Below are positions 1 to 9,135 of a DNA stretch of 43,812 bases, one piece after another. Both the position numbers and the translations under genes were made by a program. The notes under the pieces are model-generated. The model searched no databases. It was not told where the DNA came from and worked only from the letters and a program-made list of their open reading frames with translations. Position 1 is the stretch's first letter. Each line of letters starts with the position of its first letter. Origin of the DNA: Nanobdellota archaeon (lineage in GTDB: Archaea; Nanobdellota; Nanobdellia; SCGC-AAA011-G17; ARS1403); contig JAHJRB010000059.1 of the NCBI GenBank assembly GCA_018831025.1, forward strand, positions 1 to 43,812, written 5' to 3'.

Positions 1-237
1 AAAAATTTTAAAGAATTAAAAAAAGAATTAAAACTAAGCTTAAGACTAAGGAATGTTATGAATTCTATGAAAGAGCAACAATACAATGACTTAGTAAAAA
101 TATTTGAAAAAGAAAATAACAAAGAAATTTTAAGCAAGTATGATAGAGATTATCCAAGTAAAATTATTTTTAAATTATTAAAGGAATATAGAGTATGGAA
201 ATTAGGAATGGGTATTTTGAGAAGCAAGCTTTTCTAA
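1..237 (+). CDS. 3' end of an unidentified protein-coding gene, open at the window edge
   Basis: Frame +1 is open from nt 1 to TAA at 235-237 (...KEQQYNDLVKIFEKENNKEILSKYDRDYPSKIIFKLLKEYRVWKLGMGILRSKLF*). It overlaps the convergent S3Ae gene by 36 nt. No motif recognised. Confidence 0.3.
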   Translation, partial: KNFKELKKELKLSLRLRNVMNSMKEQQYNDLVKIFEKENNKEILSKYDRDYPSKIIFKLLKEYRVWKLGMGILRSKLF

Positions 238-789
238 TATTCTAATTTGAAACTGTGCTAAAGGATATATTTTTTTCAGTTCTTTTTTCATTATACTTTG
301 CACTTTAAATCTAATAATATCCTGGAAAAAAGCTTCATAATCTGACCTTTTTAAAAAATCTGCCAATAATTCCTGGGATTTTTTTCTTAAAGCTGTAAGA
401 ATTGATCTATTTGCTGCAGATTTTGTTACTATAAATGGTTTTACTCTTACATTAACTCCGTCTCTTGATTTTAATTTGAAAGAATCATCAATTTTTTCTT
501 TTCCCTTATGAACCATTCTTTTCAAAGAACCAGAAGCAATTTCATATTTAACAAGTTCTGTTAATGCTCTATTATCTTTTATCTCTTTAATTTTGAAAGT
601 TACTTTAACGTTTTGAGATTTTGAATCATTCATTAAAAGTCCAAGATTATAAGAAACATTTCTGCCAATTAAAGTAGATGGTTGTGCAATGAAGGTTTCT
701 CCTACTTCTACATTATTAAAATGACTAGTAGAAACTATAGGAAACCATATTTTTTTCTTAACTTTTAATTGTGCTTTTTCTTTTGCCAT
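202..789 (-). CDS. rps3ae: 30S ribosomal protein S3Ae (eS1)
   Basis: 195-aa ORF. The N-terminus MAKEK..KKKIWFPIVSTSHF and the overall profile match archaeal S3Ae. It lies in an S3Ae / RecJ-like / S15 cluster. Confidence 0.9.
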   Translation of the reverse strand: MAKEKAQLKVKKKIWFPIVSTSHFNNVEVGETFIAQPSTLIGRNVSYNLGLLMNDSKSQNVKVTFKIKEIKDNRALTELVKYEIASGSLKRMVHKGKEKIDDSFKLKSRDGVNVRVKPFIVTKSAANRSILTALRKKSQELLADFLKRSDYEAFFQDIIRFKVQSIMKKELKKIYPLAQFQIRILEKLASQNTHS

Positions 790-790
790 T

Positions 791-2179
791 TTACGTGGTA
801 ATAACAGTTTTTTCTTGTTTTTTAAAGCTTTCTAATGCTATGTTTATGAATTCCTGCTCTTTTTCCTGAGGGATTAAAGAACCTGCTGCGAATTTATGGC
901 CTCCGGCAGGACATCCTATTTTTTCAGTTATTTTACTTAAAACTTCCCTTAAATCAACATCATTAGCCTTAAATCCAGAGATTCTAATAGAGATTTTTGT
1001 GTTATTATCTAATGTATGGGCCAAAGATAATAAGATTGTTTCTGGAGGGTAGACGTTGCTTTTGCTTATCATAGAAGTCATTGTTCCTATTATGGTGTCT
1101 TTAATATTATCCTCTGCATTTATTATTGTTAAATCCGGAGTTTCAATTACAGATTTAGAATCTTTATTTTTATAAAACCAGTTCAAGGATTTTATTATCT
1201 CTTCTTTATATTTTTGTGAAATTTCTAAGGCTTTTTCATAACTTTTAATGTCATTAAGACAGGTTCCTATTGCTAATGAAGGCCTATTTAATCTTCCGCA
1301 TGCGTTTAGCAATGTTGAAAATTCTTTTAAATCTCTAGTTGGAGAAGCTTCCTCTTTATCATTTAAAATGTAGATATTACCTAAAACATCTTCTGGGTCG
1401 GTTTCAGAGCCCATTCTCTGAACTATGATAGCGGATACTAGATTTTTTATTTCTTCTTCACTTAAATGTATTAATTTTTTATTTGGGTCAATTCTTAAAT
1501 TATTGAGAAATTCTCTTGCTAAATCTTCATATCCTGTAATTCCTGGAATATAAGGATCTGTGGAGTATTGTAAAACTTTATACAGAGGTCTAGTTTGAGA
1601 ACCGAACATCCTTAAACCTTTTTTAACTTCCAATAATCCTGAAGATACAGCGTCTTGTAAAATATCTTTGTTTAAGCCAGTAAATCCATCTTTATCTTCC
1701 TGAACGTCTCCTATAGCCCCTAAGATTGCTAAATAGGCTAAATCTTTGTTTTCGGGGTTAATTGCTTTTGAGAATAGATAAGTAATTCCTGCGCCTGAGA
1801 TTTCTTTATTTCCATCTAATTTATGTAAATGAGGATTTATTTGGGTAAAATTAGTTTTATAATCTTGAGGAACATGGTGGTCTAAGATGAAAATTGTTCT
1901 GTTTTTTAAAACTGAATTAATCTCTTTTAAATGGCCCGAGCCTAAATCTAAAAACACATAATTTTCATATTCTTCATTCCTAAATTCATTTAATACCTGA
2001 GGAGATAATTGTTTTACTATGGATAAAGAAAAAACTTTGTTTAATCTTGTTAAAGTTTTAATTAAAATTGAAGCAGAGCTTAATCCATCTGTGTCTAAGT
2101 GAGAAATTATTCTTATTGGTGTTTTTATTTTTGAAAATTGAGAAGCTGCTTCTTTAATGGAATTAAAGAAAGAATCCAT
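791..2179 (-). CDS. DHH/DHHA1 phosphoesterase, archaeal RecJ/Cdc45-like (GAN-type) nuclease
   Basis: 462 aa with DHH-family motifs (HLDTDGLSSASIL, FLDLGSG, ILDHH) and the DHHA1 motif GGHKFAAG. It sits between S3Ae and S15, with 1-nt spacers on both sides. Confidence 0.8.
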   Translation of the reverse strand: MDSFFNSIKEAASQFSKIKTPIRIISHLDTDGLSSASILIKTLTRLNKVFSLSIVKQLSPQVLNEFRNEEYENYVFLDLGSGHLKEINSVLKNRTIFILDHHVPQDYKTNFTQINPHLHKLDGNKEISGAGITYLFSKAINPENKDLAYLAILGAIGDVQEDKDGFTGLNKDILQDAVSSGLLEVKKGLRMFGSQTRPLYKVLQYSTDPYIPGITGYEDLAREFLNNLRIDPNKKLIHLSEEEIKNLVSAIIVQRMGSETDPEDVLGNIYILNDKEEASPTRDLKEFSTLLNACGRLNRPSLAIGTCLNDIKSYEKALEISQKYKEEIIKSLNWFYKNKDSKSVIETPDLTIINAEDNIKDTIIGTMTSMISKSNVYPPETILLSLAHTLDNNTKISIRISGFKANDVDLREVLSKITEKIGCPAGGHKFAAGSLIPQEKEQEFINIALESFKKQEKTVITT

Positions 2180-2180
2180 T

Positions 2181-2636
2181 TTATTCTATTAATAATTTAG
2201 CGTTAGCTTTAGAATATCTCCAACTTTGCGGCAATAATCCCTTGTTTTTATAGTATTTTGCTAATCTTTTAATTTTAGATTCTGTTAAAGTTAATCCTCT
2301 AACACTTGGTTGATCGTGTTTATTTGTCTCTAAATGTTTTAGGATTATAATAGATTTTTTTATTAAAGCTATAACATCTTCTGGCAGTTTCGGGTAAAGT
2401 TTTTGCTCTCTTAATATTGTAGTCAAATTTTTATTAATAATTAATTTTACATCTGGAATCCCATATGTGTCTCTTAGAGTAATTCCTATTTGAGAAGAGG
2501 TTAAACCTTGTTTAGCTAGTTTTTCAATTAATGCAGTTACTTCTTCTGGTTTGTAACGCTTCCATATGGTCTTCTCTGACTTAAGTGGTTTTTTACTTCC
2601 AGATTTTCCCTTTGCTCTACTATGCATTCTTGCCAT
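2181..2636 (-). CDS. rps15: 30S ribosomal protein S15 (uS15, S13e type)
   Basis: 151 aa. MARMHSRAKGKSGSKKP... N-terminus and C-terminal S15 fold signature (LTESKIKRLAKYYK). Confidence 0.9.
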   Translation of the reverse strand: MARMHSRAKGKSGSKKPLKSEKTIWKRYKPEEVTALIEKLAKQGLTSSQIGITLRDTYGIPDVKLIINKNLTTILREQKLYPKLPEDVIALIKKSIIILKHLETNKHDQPSVRGLTLTESKIKRLAKYYKNKGLLPQSWRYSKANAKLLIE

Positions 2637-2777
2637 TTTGAACTTTTTTAGAAAAAAACTTCACTAAAAAGCTTTTTCTAATCCTTTATTTTAGGGTAAA
2701 TATCCCTTTAAAAGTTTTTCCTAAGGAAACTACTAGAATTTCGTTTCCAGTATAAGGAAGTCCTAAAACTGCCTTAT

Positions 2778-3035
2778 CTATTCAGTAATTTTGAATACTT
2801 CGTCGCTAGGTCTTACTTTATCTTTTACTTTTATACCTACTGAAGTTCCTTCTTCTGCTTCTTGAACAACTTTGTGTTCTACTTGCATGGAGTCAACTGT
2901 CTGTTCAAAGTCTGTGGTGGCGCCTTTAATATGGATTTTATCTCCTACACTAAGGCTTCCATCAGTTAACTCAATAGCAGCTACGTTAATATTGCTATAA
3001 AAGCTCATTACCTTGCCAACTTTTTCTTCTGACAT
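2778..3035 (-). CDS. small EF-Tu domain-2-like beta-barrel protein
   Basis: 85 aa. The GDKIHIKGATTDFEQTVDSMQVEHKVVQEAEEGTSVGIKV pattern resembles the translation-factor domain II barrel found as a stand-alone archaeal protein (from memory). Confidence 0.5.
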   Translation of the reverse strand: MSEEKVGKVMSFYSNINVAAIELTDGSLSVGDKIHIKGATTDFEQTVDSMQVEHKVVQEAEEGTSVGIKVKDKVRPSDEVFKITE

Positions 3036-3076
3036 CTTACTCCCCCCTAATAATTTATTATATAGGAATAAAGTAT

Positions 3077-3829
3077 TTAAATGTTTTTATTGGTCAAATC
3101 TGACCATATCCAACCCTTTTTTCTTATTAAATGCCTACATATCATAGAGGTATCTGCGTAGATTGGAATTTTTAAATTAATGAGGTCCTTACAGAAGTAA
3201 GAATCATCAAAAATAAGTTTATTTATAGTAGGATCATCATTTTCTTTTGAATAATGGAAAGTTATTTTTTTTAATACCGAGCTATGGATGAATAAACACC
3301 CAGAACCGCATAAACCTATCTGGATTACTCTTGGGGGCTGCAATTCATGCTCCTGGATCTGTCTTAAATCCCCTTTTTGGTTTAATAATGCCCATATTGT
3401 TGGGAATAATTGTCCATGTCTAATCCCTTCTTTAGAACCTTTTTCTTTTGGAGTGAATTGTTTATAATTAAAGTAAATTCCGGTTAAAACTCTTCTTTTA
3501 TGAGCTAAAAAACGTTCTATAATGTCTTTTGGAGGAATAACATCCTGATCTAGGTTTAAGAAATAATCATATCCCTGCTGTAAAGCTTTTTCTCTTAAAA
3601 GATTTCTTCCGCTTACTTGTCTGTTTCTTGGTTCGTCAAAGTGCTTGTCTTTAATTACTTTAACTCCCATTGATTGTAATCTTTTGAAGAACTCATCTCC
3701 ATCGGAATTGTCAATTAGTAGAATATCATAATTGGTATATGTTAAAGATTTTAAAGCAGCTACATATTCTTCTATGCAGTAATCATACATACTGTTTACA
3801 GGAGATCCTACTAAGACTTTTGGGTTCAT
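3077..3829 (-). CDS. GT-A fold glycosyltransferase-like protein (paralog 1)
   Basis: 250 aa with acidic motifs LLIDNSDGDEF and NLDQDVIPP. It is clearly paralogous to the adjacent ORF (shared KSLTYxNxDxLLxDNS, SxRNLLREK, YDYF, QDVxPP, ADTSxxCxHL). Confidence 0.6.
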   Translation of the reverse strand: MNPKVLVGSPVNSMYDYCIEEYVAALKSLTYTNYDILLIDNSDGDEFFKRLQSMGVKVIKDKHFDEPRNRQVSGRNLLREKALQQGYDYFLNLDQDVIPPKDIIERFLAHKRRVLTGIYFNYKQFTPKEKGSKEGIRHGQLFPTIWALLNQKGDLRQIQEHELQPPRVIQIGLCGSGCLFIHSSVLKKITFHYSKENDDPTINKLIFDDSYFCKDLINLKIPIYADTSMICRHLIRKKGWIWSDLTNKNI

Positions 3830-4527
3830 TTTTGTATTTTACTCCAAGGATAGGGTCGATTAAAAATTAAGTGTTTGCATTTTATAGATGTATCGGCAAA
3901 GGATTTTATTTTTTTATTATAACAGTCGATGAAGAACCATCTATCATCAAATGTATTTTTTTCGTATCTAAATTTAATATCTTTTAAAATATCTCTATGA
4001 ATTAACAAACATCCAAGTCCTGCAGAGATAATTTCATGCAATCCTTGCTGTTCCCATAATTCTAAATCATTCAATGGGCGCATAGATAAAGTCTCTTTAT
4101 CTACTAATTTGTAAACAAGAGGCATTAACTCTCTTGTAATTTTATCTGGGATAATATTGTTAGCGAAGTAAATAGCAGTTATTAATTTTTTTTGATGTTT
4201 TAGTAAGTTTTGTAAAATATCTGGGGGAGGAAGGACATCTTGCTCTAAAGAAAAAAAATAATCATAATTTCCTTTTAAGACTTTTTCTCTTAAAAGATTT
4301 CTAGAAGCAATTATTCTGTCTCTGGCTGAAGGAAAATAAGGTCCTTTAATGATAGGTATATTTAATTTCTTAATTTTTTCAAAATAAATATTGTCTTCAG
4401 AGTTATCTACCAAGAGTAAGTCAAAATTTTTATAAGTTAAAGATTTAACTGCTTGGGCATAGGCTTCTAAAGCGTATTCTTTATGAAAAGAGGTAGGACA
4501 TCCAACTAATATTTTTGGATTATTCAT
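3826..4527 (-). CDS. GT-A fold glycosyltransferase-like protein (paralog 2)
   Basis: 233 aa, tandem paralog of 3077..3829. Its 3' end overlaps the start of that downstream gene by 4 nt. Confidence 0.6.
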   Translation of the reverse strand: MNNPKILVGCPTSFHKEYALEAYAQAVKSLTYKNFDLLLVDNSEDNIYFEKIKKLNIPIIKGPYFPSARDRIIASRNLLREKVLKGNYDYFFSLEQDVLPPPDILQNLLKHQKKLITAIYFANNIIPDKITRELMPLVYKLVDKETLSMRPLNDLELWEQQGLHEIISAGLGCLLIHRDILKDIKFRYEKNTFDDRWFFIDCYNKKIKSFADTSIKCKHLIFNRPYPWSKIQK

Positions 4528-4593
4528 GGATTTATTAAAAACAATAAAATTTATAAATGGTTAGAGTTCTCTGAATGCCTTCCAAAAAATAAA

Positions 4594-5202
4594 ATGAATA
4601 TAAGAAGACTATTAGGGGGGTATTTTTACCTAACTTTGACAGCGTCACTTCTGGATTTTACAACACCGATTAAAAGTGAAGTAAGTTTTCAGGTTGCTCC
4701 AATGATTAATGAAATTTATATAGATGTTGAGGATTTAGAAGAGATATTACGCAGAGAAGCCCAAAGAGTTCAAATAGTAAGAGCTGTACCCTCTTCACAA
4801 AAATATTTAGAGGCTATAATGAGAAATTCTTATAGTAATGGTCTTGATCCTTTTGAAGTTGTTGCTGTGATAGAAAGAGAATCTAGATGGAATCCAAAAG
4901 CAAAATCTGAAAAAAATGCTAGGGGATTGATGCAATTAAGGTCAAGATATTTTAATTTGAAGGACCCATACGATCCTATTGAAAGTATTAAGGTTGGGAC
5001 TTCTCATCTAAGCAGGCTTAAAGGAAAATATTCTGACTCTAGAATTTATTTAGCAGCTTATAATGCCGGAGAAGGTGCTGTTAATAATTGGCTTAGGGGA
5101 GGATGGGATGGATCTATCCACACCATCCCATATAGAGAAACCAGAAATTACGTTAGAGGAGTCATAAGAACTGCCGAAAGCTTAAGGCATTCTAATCTTT
5201 AA
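4594..5202 (+). CDS. SLT-domain lytic transglycosylase (goose-type lysozyme fold) with N-terminal signal/anchor
   Basis: 202 aa. Catalytic E-S motif (ERESRWNPKAKSEKNARGLMQL) and AAYNAGEGAV are the canonical SLT (GH23) motifs. The N-terminus is hydrophobic. Confidence 0.8.
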   Translation: MNIRRLLGGYFYLTLTASLLDFTTPIKSEVSFQVAPMINEIYIDVEDLEEILRREAQRVQIVRAVPSSQKYLEAIMRNSYSNGLDPFEVVAVIERESRWNPKAKSEKNARGLMQLRSRYFNLKDPYDPIESIKVGTSHLSRLKGKYSDSRIYLAAYNAGEGAVNNWLRGGWDGSIHTIPYRETRNYVRGVIRTAESLRHSNL

Positions 5203-5806
5203 TTACTTCTAAAATATGATAAATTAATCTATCAGAAGCTCGAACTATTTCCCATTCATTTGTTCCCTGAACAATTATGCAGCCGTTATTTTCTAAGAAA
5301 ACTTTTGTTTCTGGACCTAACTGTAAGCGCACTATATTTGATTTTTGAGTAACATTATCACAGTCAACTATTAAATTTCCAGAGGGTTCTGTTGCGTTTT
5401 CAGATTCTTTTGTTATTGCTCCAAAAACTCTTTTATCGTAAATTCCTAAACGCCTACCTAAGATTGTTGCTAATTCTGAAGCACCTAAAACTGGGATTGA
5501 ATTAAAATCTGGATCAATAGTAAAGAATACAGCTTCTTTAAACATTATTGAAGACCTAATTCTCGAATCTATCGGGATATCTGTAACATTTTTTGGGTCA
5601 TATCTTAATTGTAAATGATATGGTTGTTCTTCTAGATAAGCTACTACTGTATAACCTATTGCTGGATTCTTAAAAACCCTAAAATCATTGTAAATGTATT
5701 CATTTGGATTTGTTGTTTGTTTAGTAGAGATTACATAAATTCCAAAACTAACTAATGCAATTAATAGTAAAGAAAGAAAAATCACTACCTTCTTTTCTGT
5801 TTTCAT
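5192..5806 (-). CDS. membrane-anchored hypothetical protein
   Basis: 204 aa. Single N-terminal TM helix (VVIFLSLLLIALVSFGIYVI); the rest has no recognised motif. Confidence 0.5.
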   Translation of the reverse strand: MKTEKKVVIFLSLLLIALVSFGIYVISTKQTTNPNEYIYNDFRVFKNPAIGYTVVAYLEEQPYHLQLRYDPKNVTDIPIDSRIRSSIMFKEAVFFTIDPDFNSIPVLGASELATILGRRLGIYDKRVFGAITKESENATEPSGNLIVDCDNVTQKSNIVRLQLGPETKVFLENNGCIIVQGTNEWEIVRASDRLIYHILEVIKD

Positions 5807-5859
5807 AATTTTTTAACATAAGGTAAGTTTTTAAGTTTTATTGTAGTAATAGGGAATAT

Positions 5860-6414
5860 ATGTTAGAACTAAGAAGACAAGGGTTTCATGCGTTATTGGG
5901 ATTATTTTTAGTTATTTTACTTAATTTTAATTTAATTAATTTAAAAATATTAATTATAGTTTTTATTTTAGGAATTTTAACTTCTATCTTATCTAAAAAA
6001 TATAAAATAAAAGGGATTGAATGGTTTTTAAAGAATTTCGACCGAGAGGTTAATGTAAGGGGAATGGGGATAATAACTTATTTTATCGGTGTTATTTTAG
6101 CTTTGTTTTTATTTGAGAAAAGAATTGCTTTAGCTAGCATAATTATATTAGCATTTGGGGATAGTTTTTGTCATTTAGGAAGATTTGGAAGTTTGAAAAA
6201 TCCTTTTAATGATTTGAAATATATTGAAGGAATATTAATTGGGATTGCTGTAAGCACTTTTGGGGCTGTTTTTTTTGTTAGTTTTTTACAGGCATTGCTT
6301 GGAAGTAGTATTGCGATGATTTTTGAAAGTTTGGATGTTAAAATTAAAGGTAAAAAAATAGATGATAATATTTTAGTTCCTGTAATAGCTGGAATTGTAA
6401 TGAGTTTATTGTAA
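5860..6414 (+). CDS. polytopic membrane protein, dolichol/polyprenol kinase-like (CTP_transf_1-like)
   Basis: 184 aa with about 5-6 TM segments. FGDSFCHLGRFGSLKNPFNDLKYIEG resembles the GD..(x)..G...K..EG C-terminal motif of dolichol kinase / CDS-family enzymes (from memory). Confidence 0.4.
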   Translation: MLELRRQGFHALLGLFLVILLNFNLINLKILIIVFILGILTSILSKKYKIKGIEWFLKNFDREVNVRGMGIITYFIGVILALFLFEKRIALASIIILAFGDSFCHLGRFGSLKNPFNDLKYIEGILIGIAVSTFGAVFFVSFLQALLGSSIAMIFESLDVKIKGKKIDDNILVPVIAGIVMSLL

Positions 6415-6951
6415 AAGAAATTTTAATATTAATGAGTCTACTAAGTTTTGTATTTCTAAGTCATTTCCTTGGATATGTAAACAATTATTTTCATAAGTAA
6501 GTGAAGATTTTTCTGCCAGATTAATCTGGATTATTTTATCTGTAGCGGATGCGTCCTTGCATGTTTTTAATGGTAATTGAGAACATTGTTCAGAATCTTT
6601 AATGCAGGAAATTATAAAACTCTTTAATTTTGGTCTGATGTTAATATCGAAGTAATATAAAGCTTGAAGGTTTTCTTCTGGGTTAAAGGTAAAGTAAATT
6701 TTACTTGCGGAATTTATCTCCTGTAATGAAATTGGTTGAATAATTAAATTAAGGCTTTCAGGATTTTGAGAGATTAATATTGGTTGATTATCCTTGTATG
6801 CAGTCCATCCTTGGTCTGTTTGTTGGAAATTATAACCATTAAATTTAACTTTTGAAATGTTTTCTGTTTGCGTAGAATTTAATGAGAATCCTATAATACT
6901 GAGTATCATTAAGGATGCTAGGAACAATGGCAATATTATTTTTGTGTTCAT
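6406..6951 (-). CDS. membrane-anchored/secreted hypothetical protein
   Basis: The ORF track gives 6406..6990, but its first 13 codons run into the tRNA-Gln gene. ATG at 6949-6951 gives MNTKIILPLFLASLMILSIIG..., an N-terminal anchor. Confidence 0.5.
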   Translation of the reverse strand: MNTKIILPLFLASLMILSIIGFSLNSTQTENISKVKFNGYNFQQTDQGWTAYKDNQPILISQNPESLNLIIQPISLQEINSASKIYFTFNPEENLQALYYFDINIRPKLKSFIISCIKDSEQCSQLPLKTCKDASATDKIIQINLAEKSSLTYENNCLHIQGNDLEIQNLVDSLILKFLLQ

Positions 6952-6959
6952 TTTGAAAT

Positions 6960-7072
6960 TAGCCCCGCCAGGATTCGAACCTGGGTCCATAGCTAACCTC
7001 TGTTATAAACATCCAAAGGCTATGATGCTTGGCCGTTGTGCCTTGATTTAAACAAGTCTACACCACGGGGCT
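6960..7072 (-). tRNA. tRNA-Gln(UUG) with two BHB introns (D-loop and 37/38)
   Basis: The RNA sense reads AGCCCCG TG GTGT AG[22-nt intron]CGGCCAA GCAT C ATAGC CTTTGG[18-nt intron]A GCTAT GGAC CCAGG TTCGAAT CCTGG CGGGGCT A. Acceptor stem is 7/7 bp and the T-loop is TTCGAAT. Introns are at 7036-7057 and 6995-7012 on the plus strand. Each sits in a 4-bp helix flanked by 3-nt bulges (GTGT/GCAC with AGA and AAC; CTTT/GAGG with GGA and TTA). 72 nt of exon plus 40 nt of intron equals the 112 nt observed, and the discriminator A follows. No CCA is encoded. Confidence 0.85.
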
Positions 7073-7107
7073 GTAATGATTTGAAAAAGAAAAAGTGTTT
7101 AAAAACA

Positions 7108-7704
7108 TTATTGTTTTCTTTTTTTATATCTTCCTCTGCTTTCTACTTTTTCTAAGCGTTTTAAGACATCTTTATGCTTATAATTCTTCAATATAATTTC
7201 ATAGAATTTTTCAAAGTTTTTATAGTGTTTAGACTCTAATGCTTGCTTAAGTAAATGCAAATCAACTGCTTTATCTTCCACTTTTGAAGAAAAAAAGCCT
7301 AATCCGAAGTCAATAAAATAAACTTTATTATCTTTTAATATCATATTAGATGTTGTTAAATCTCCATGGATTATATCCTGAGAATGTAAATTAGAAACTT
7401 CTAAAGCTATTTGTTTGCAGATTTCTAAAGATTTTTTTAAAGGTAAAGTGTCTAGGATATTTTTTAATAAATCTCCCTGCAAGAATTCCATTTCAATAAT
7501 CATATTTTTTTCATCAACACTGAATACTTTAGGAACATTAACATTAACAGTTGAAAGCAATTTAGCTTCTCTTTTTGTTCTGAATTTTCTTATTTTAGAA
7601 TCTAATTGGGGAATTCTATAGGATTTTGAAATTCTTTCTTTAATTAATTTATTTCCATTTTTTATTAACAGAGCTTCTGCACCCTGAGCTATTATTTGTT
7701 TCAT
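7108..7704 (-). CDS. bud32: Kae1-associated serine/threonine kinase Bud32 (KEOPS subunit)
   Basis: Atypical small kinase with QGAEALL, catalytic HGDLTTSNMIL and IDFGLG. Start moved to ATG 7702-7704 (MKQIIAQGAE...), because the longer ORF would overlap the divergent hldD start. Confidence 0.8.
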   Translation of the reverse strand: MKQIIAQGAEALLIKNGNKLIKERISKSYRIPQLDSKIRKFRTKREAKLLSTVNVNVPKVFSVDEKNMIIEMEFLQGDLLKNILDTLPLKKSLEICKQIALEVSNLHSQDIIHGDLTTSNMILKDNKVYFIDFGLGFFSSKVEDKAVDLHLLKQALESKHYKNFEKFYEIILKNYKHKDVLKRLEKVESRGRYKKRKQ

Positions 7705-7756
7705 TTGTCTATTAAGGCTACAATAACTTTTTAAATCTATAGGGAGTGTCAGTTTT

Positions 7757-8665
7757 ATGAGAATTTTAGTTACTGGCGGAACAGGATTTATTGGGTCTAA
7801 CATTGTAAAATATTTATGTAAAGAAGACCATGAAGTTCTAATTACAGGTAATGATTCAGAGATAAAATTAACTGGTTTTAAAGGTAAGTATCTCCAACCT
7901 AGTTTTATTGGTCTAGACTGGGATGAGATTGGAAGGGTTGATATTGTTTTTCATCAAGCTGCAATTAATGATACTACTAATTTGGATAAGAAAGAGATGT
8001 TTAGGGCTAATGTAGAGTCTTCTAAAAAATTATTTAGACATGTTGTTGAAAATGGATGTAAAAGAATAGTTTATGCTACCTCTACTGCAATCTATGGCAA
8101 CTCTCCTGCCCCTTATAAGGAAAATGAAACTGTTTTGGATCCTCTTAATCCTTACGCTGAATCTAAAATAGAATTGGAAAAGTTTGCCAGTGAATTTAAT
8201 AAGGAATATCCTGAAGTTATTATTGTTGGGTTGAGATACTGTAATGTATATGGTCCTGGAGAAAATTCTAAAGGTAAGAGGGCTACTATGATTTATCAAT
8301 TGGCTCAACAGATGTTAAAAGAGAATCCTAAAATATTTAGGGATGGTGAGCAGAAAAGAGATTATATTTATGTTAAAGATGTTGTAAATGCAAATATCCT
8401 TGCTTCAAAAGCAAAGGAAAGTTGTGTTGTAAATTGTGGGTTTGGAAAGGTCGTTACATTTAACGAACTAATTAGAATAATAAATAGTATTTTGAGGGAA
8501 GAGAGAAAACCAATCTATATAGAGAACCCTTATGTTGGAAAATATCAAGATTATACTGAATGTGATATGAGTTTAGCTAAAGAAAAAATAGGATTTGTTC
8601 CTGAGTTTGATATTGAAAAAGGGATTAAGGATTATTATGAAAATGAGAATCTTGTAAGAAACTAA
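7757..8665 (+). CDS. hldD: ADP-L-glycero-D-manno-heptose 6-epimerase-like SDR (HldD/RfaD)
   Basis: 302 aa. VTGGTGFIGSN Rossmann motif, YAESK catalytic YxxxK, and LRYCNVYGPGENSKGKRATM and GKYQDYTECDM, which resemble E. coli HldD RYFNVYGPRE.HKG.MASV and GRYQAFTQADL (from memory). Neighbours are other heptose-pathway genes. Confidence 0.7.
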   Translation: MRILVTGGTGFIGSNIVKYLCKEDHEVLITGNDSEIKLTGFKGKYLQPSFIGLDWDEIGRVDIVFHQAAINDTTNLDKKEMFRANVESSKKLFRHVVENGCKRIVYATSTAIYGNSPAPYKENETVLDPLNPYAESKIELEKFASEFNKEYPEVIIVGLRYCNVYGPGENSKGKRATMIYQLAQQMLKENPKIFRDGEQKRDYIYVKDVVNANILASKAKESCVVNCGFGKVVTFNELIRIINSILREERKPIYIENPYVGKYQDYTECDMSLAKEKIGFVPEFDIEKGIKDYYENENLVRN

Positions 8666-9135
8666 TCTTTTGTAGAAGATAATTTTTCTATTAAATTTGT
8701 GGTTGATTTTCCTGGAATATCTTCCAAAAGTATTATTTTTCCTCCGTTTTCTTCGACTGTTTCTTTTTCTATACCCTTGAATCCTGATTTAGATTTTACA
8801 TGAAAATGGGGTTTTATTACTTTAAGTAATTCTCTTGGATCTAGTTCATCAAAAACTGTTACATAATCAATACATTCTAATGCGGCAAGCATCTCCGCCC
8901 TATCTTGTTGAGAGTTGATAGGTCTGTTAGGAGATTTATATTGTTTTATTGAAGAATCTGAGTTTAAACCAACAATTAAAATATCTCCTTGTTTTTTTGC
9001 TTGTTGTAAACTTTTAATATGGCCAATATGAATCAAATCAAATGATCCGTTGCTAGTGACTATCTTTTTCCCCTCTTCTTTTAAATTTTCCACAATACCT
9101 TTGATTTCTTCTCTGGTTTTAATTTTAGAATCCAT
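8662..9135 (-). CDS. hldC: heptose-1-phosphate nucleotidyltransferase (HldC / RfaE domain II-like cytidylyltransferase fold)
   Basis: 157 aa. The GSFDLIHIGHIKSLQQAK motif (GxFDxxHxGH) and its size match HldE domain II. Which nucleotide it uses (ADP, CDP or other) cannot be read from the sequence. Confidence 0.7.
   Translation of the reverse strand: MDSKIKTREEIKGIVENLKEEGKKIVTSNGSFDLIHIGHIKSLQQAKKQGDILIVGLNSDSSIKQYKSPNRPINSQQDRAEMLAALECIDYVTVFDELDPRELLKVIKPHFHVKSKSGFKGIEKETVEENGGKIILLEDIPGKSTTNLIEKLSSTKD

Noticed and set aside
6857-7051. 64-aa plus-strand ORF, and the first 13 codons (MDPGSNPGGANFK) of the 6406..6990 ORF
   Set aside because: Both read through the tRNA-Gln gene. PGFEPGS and DPGSNPGG are just translations of the GC-rich T-arm. 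The CDS most likely starts at ATG 6951.
7705-7803. N-terminal 33-codon extension of the Bud32 ORF
   Set aside because: It would overlap the divergent hldD start and has no kinase homology. The internal ATG at 7704 gives a normal Bud32 N-terminus.
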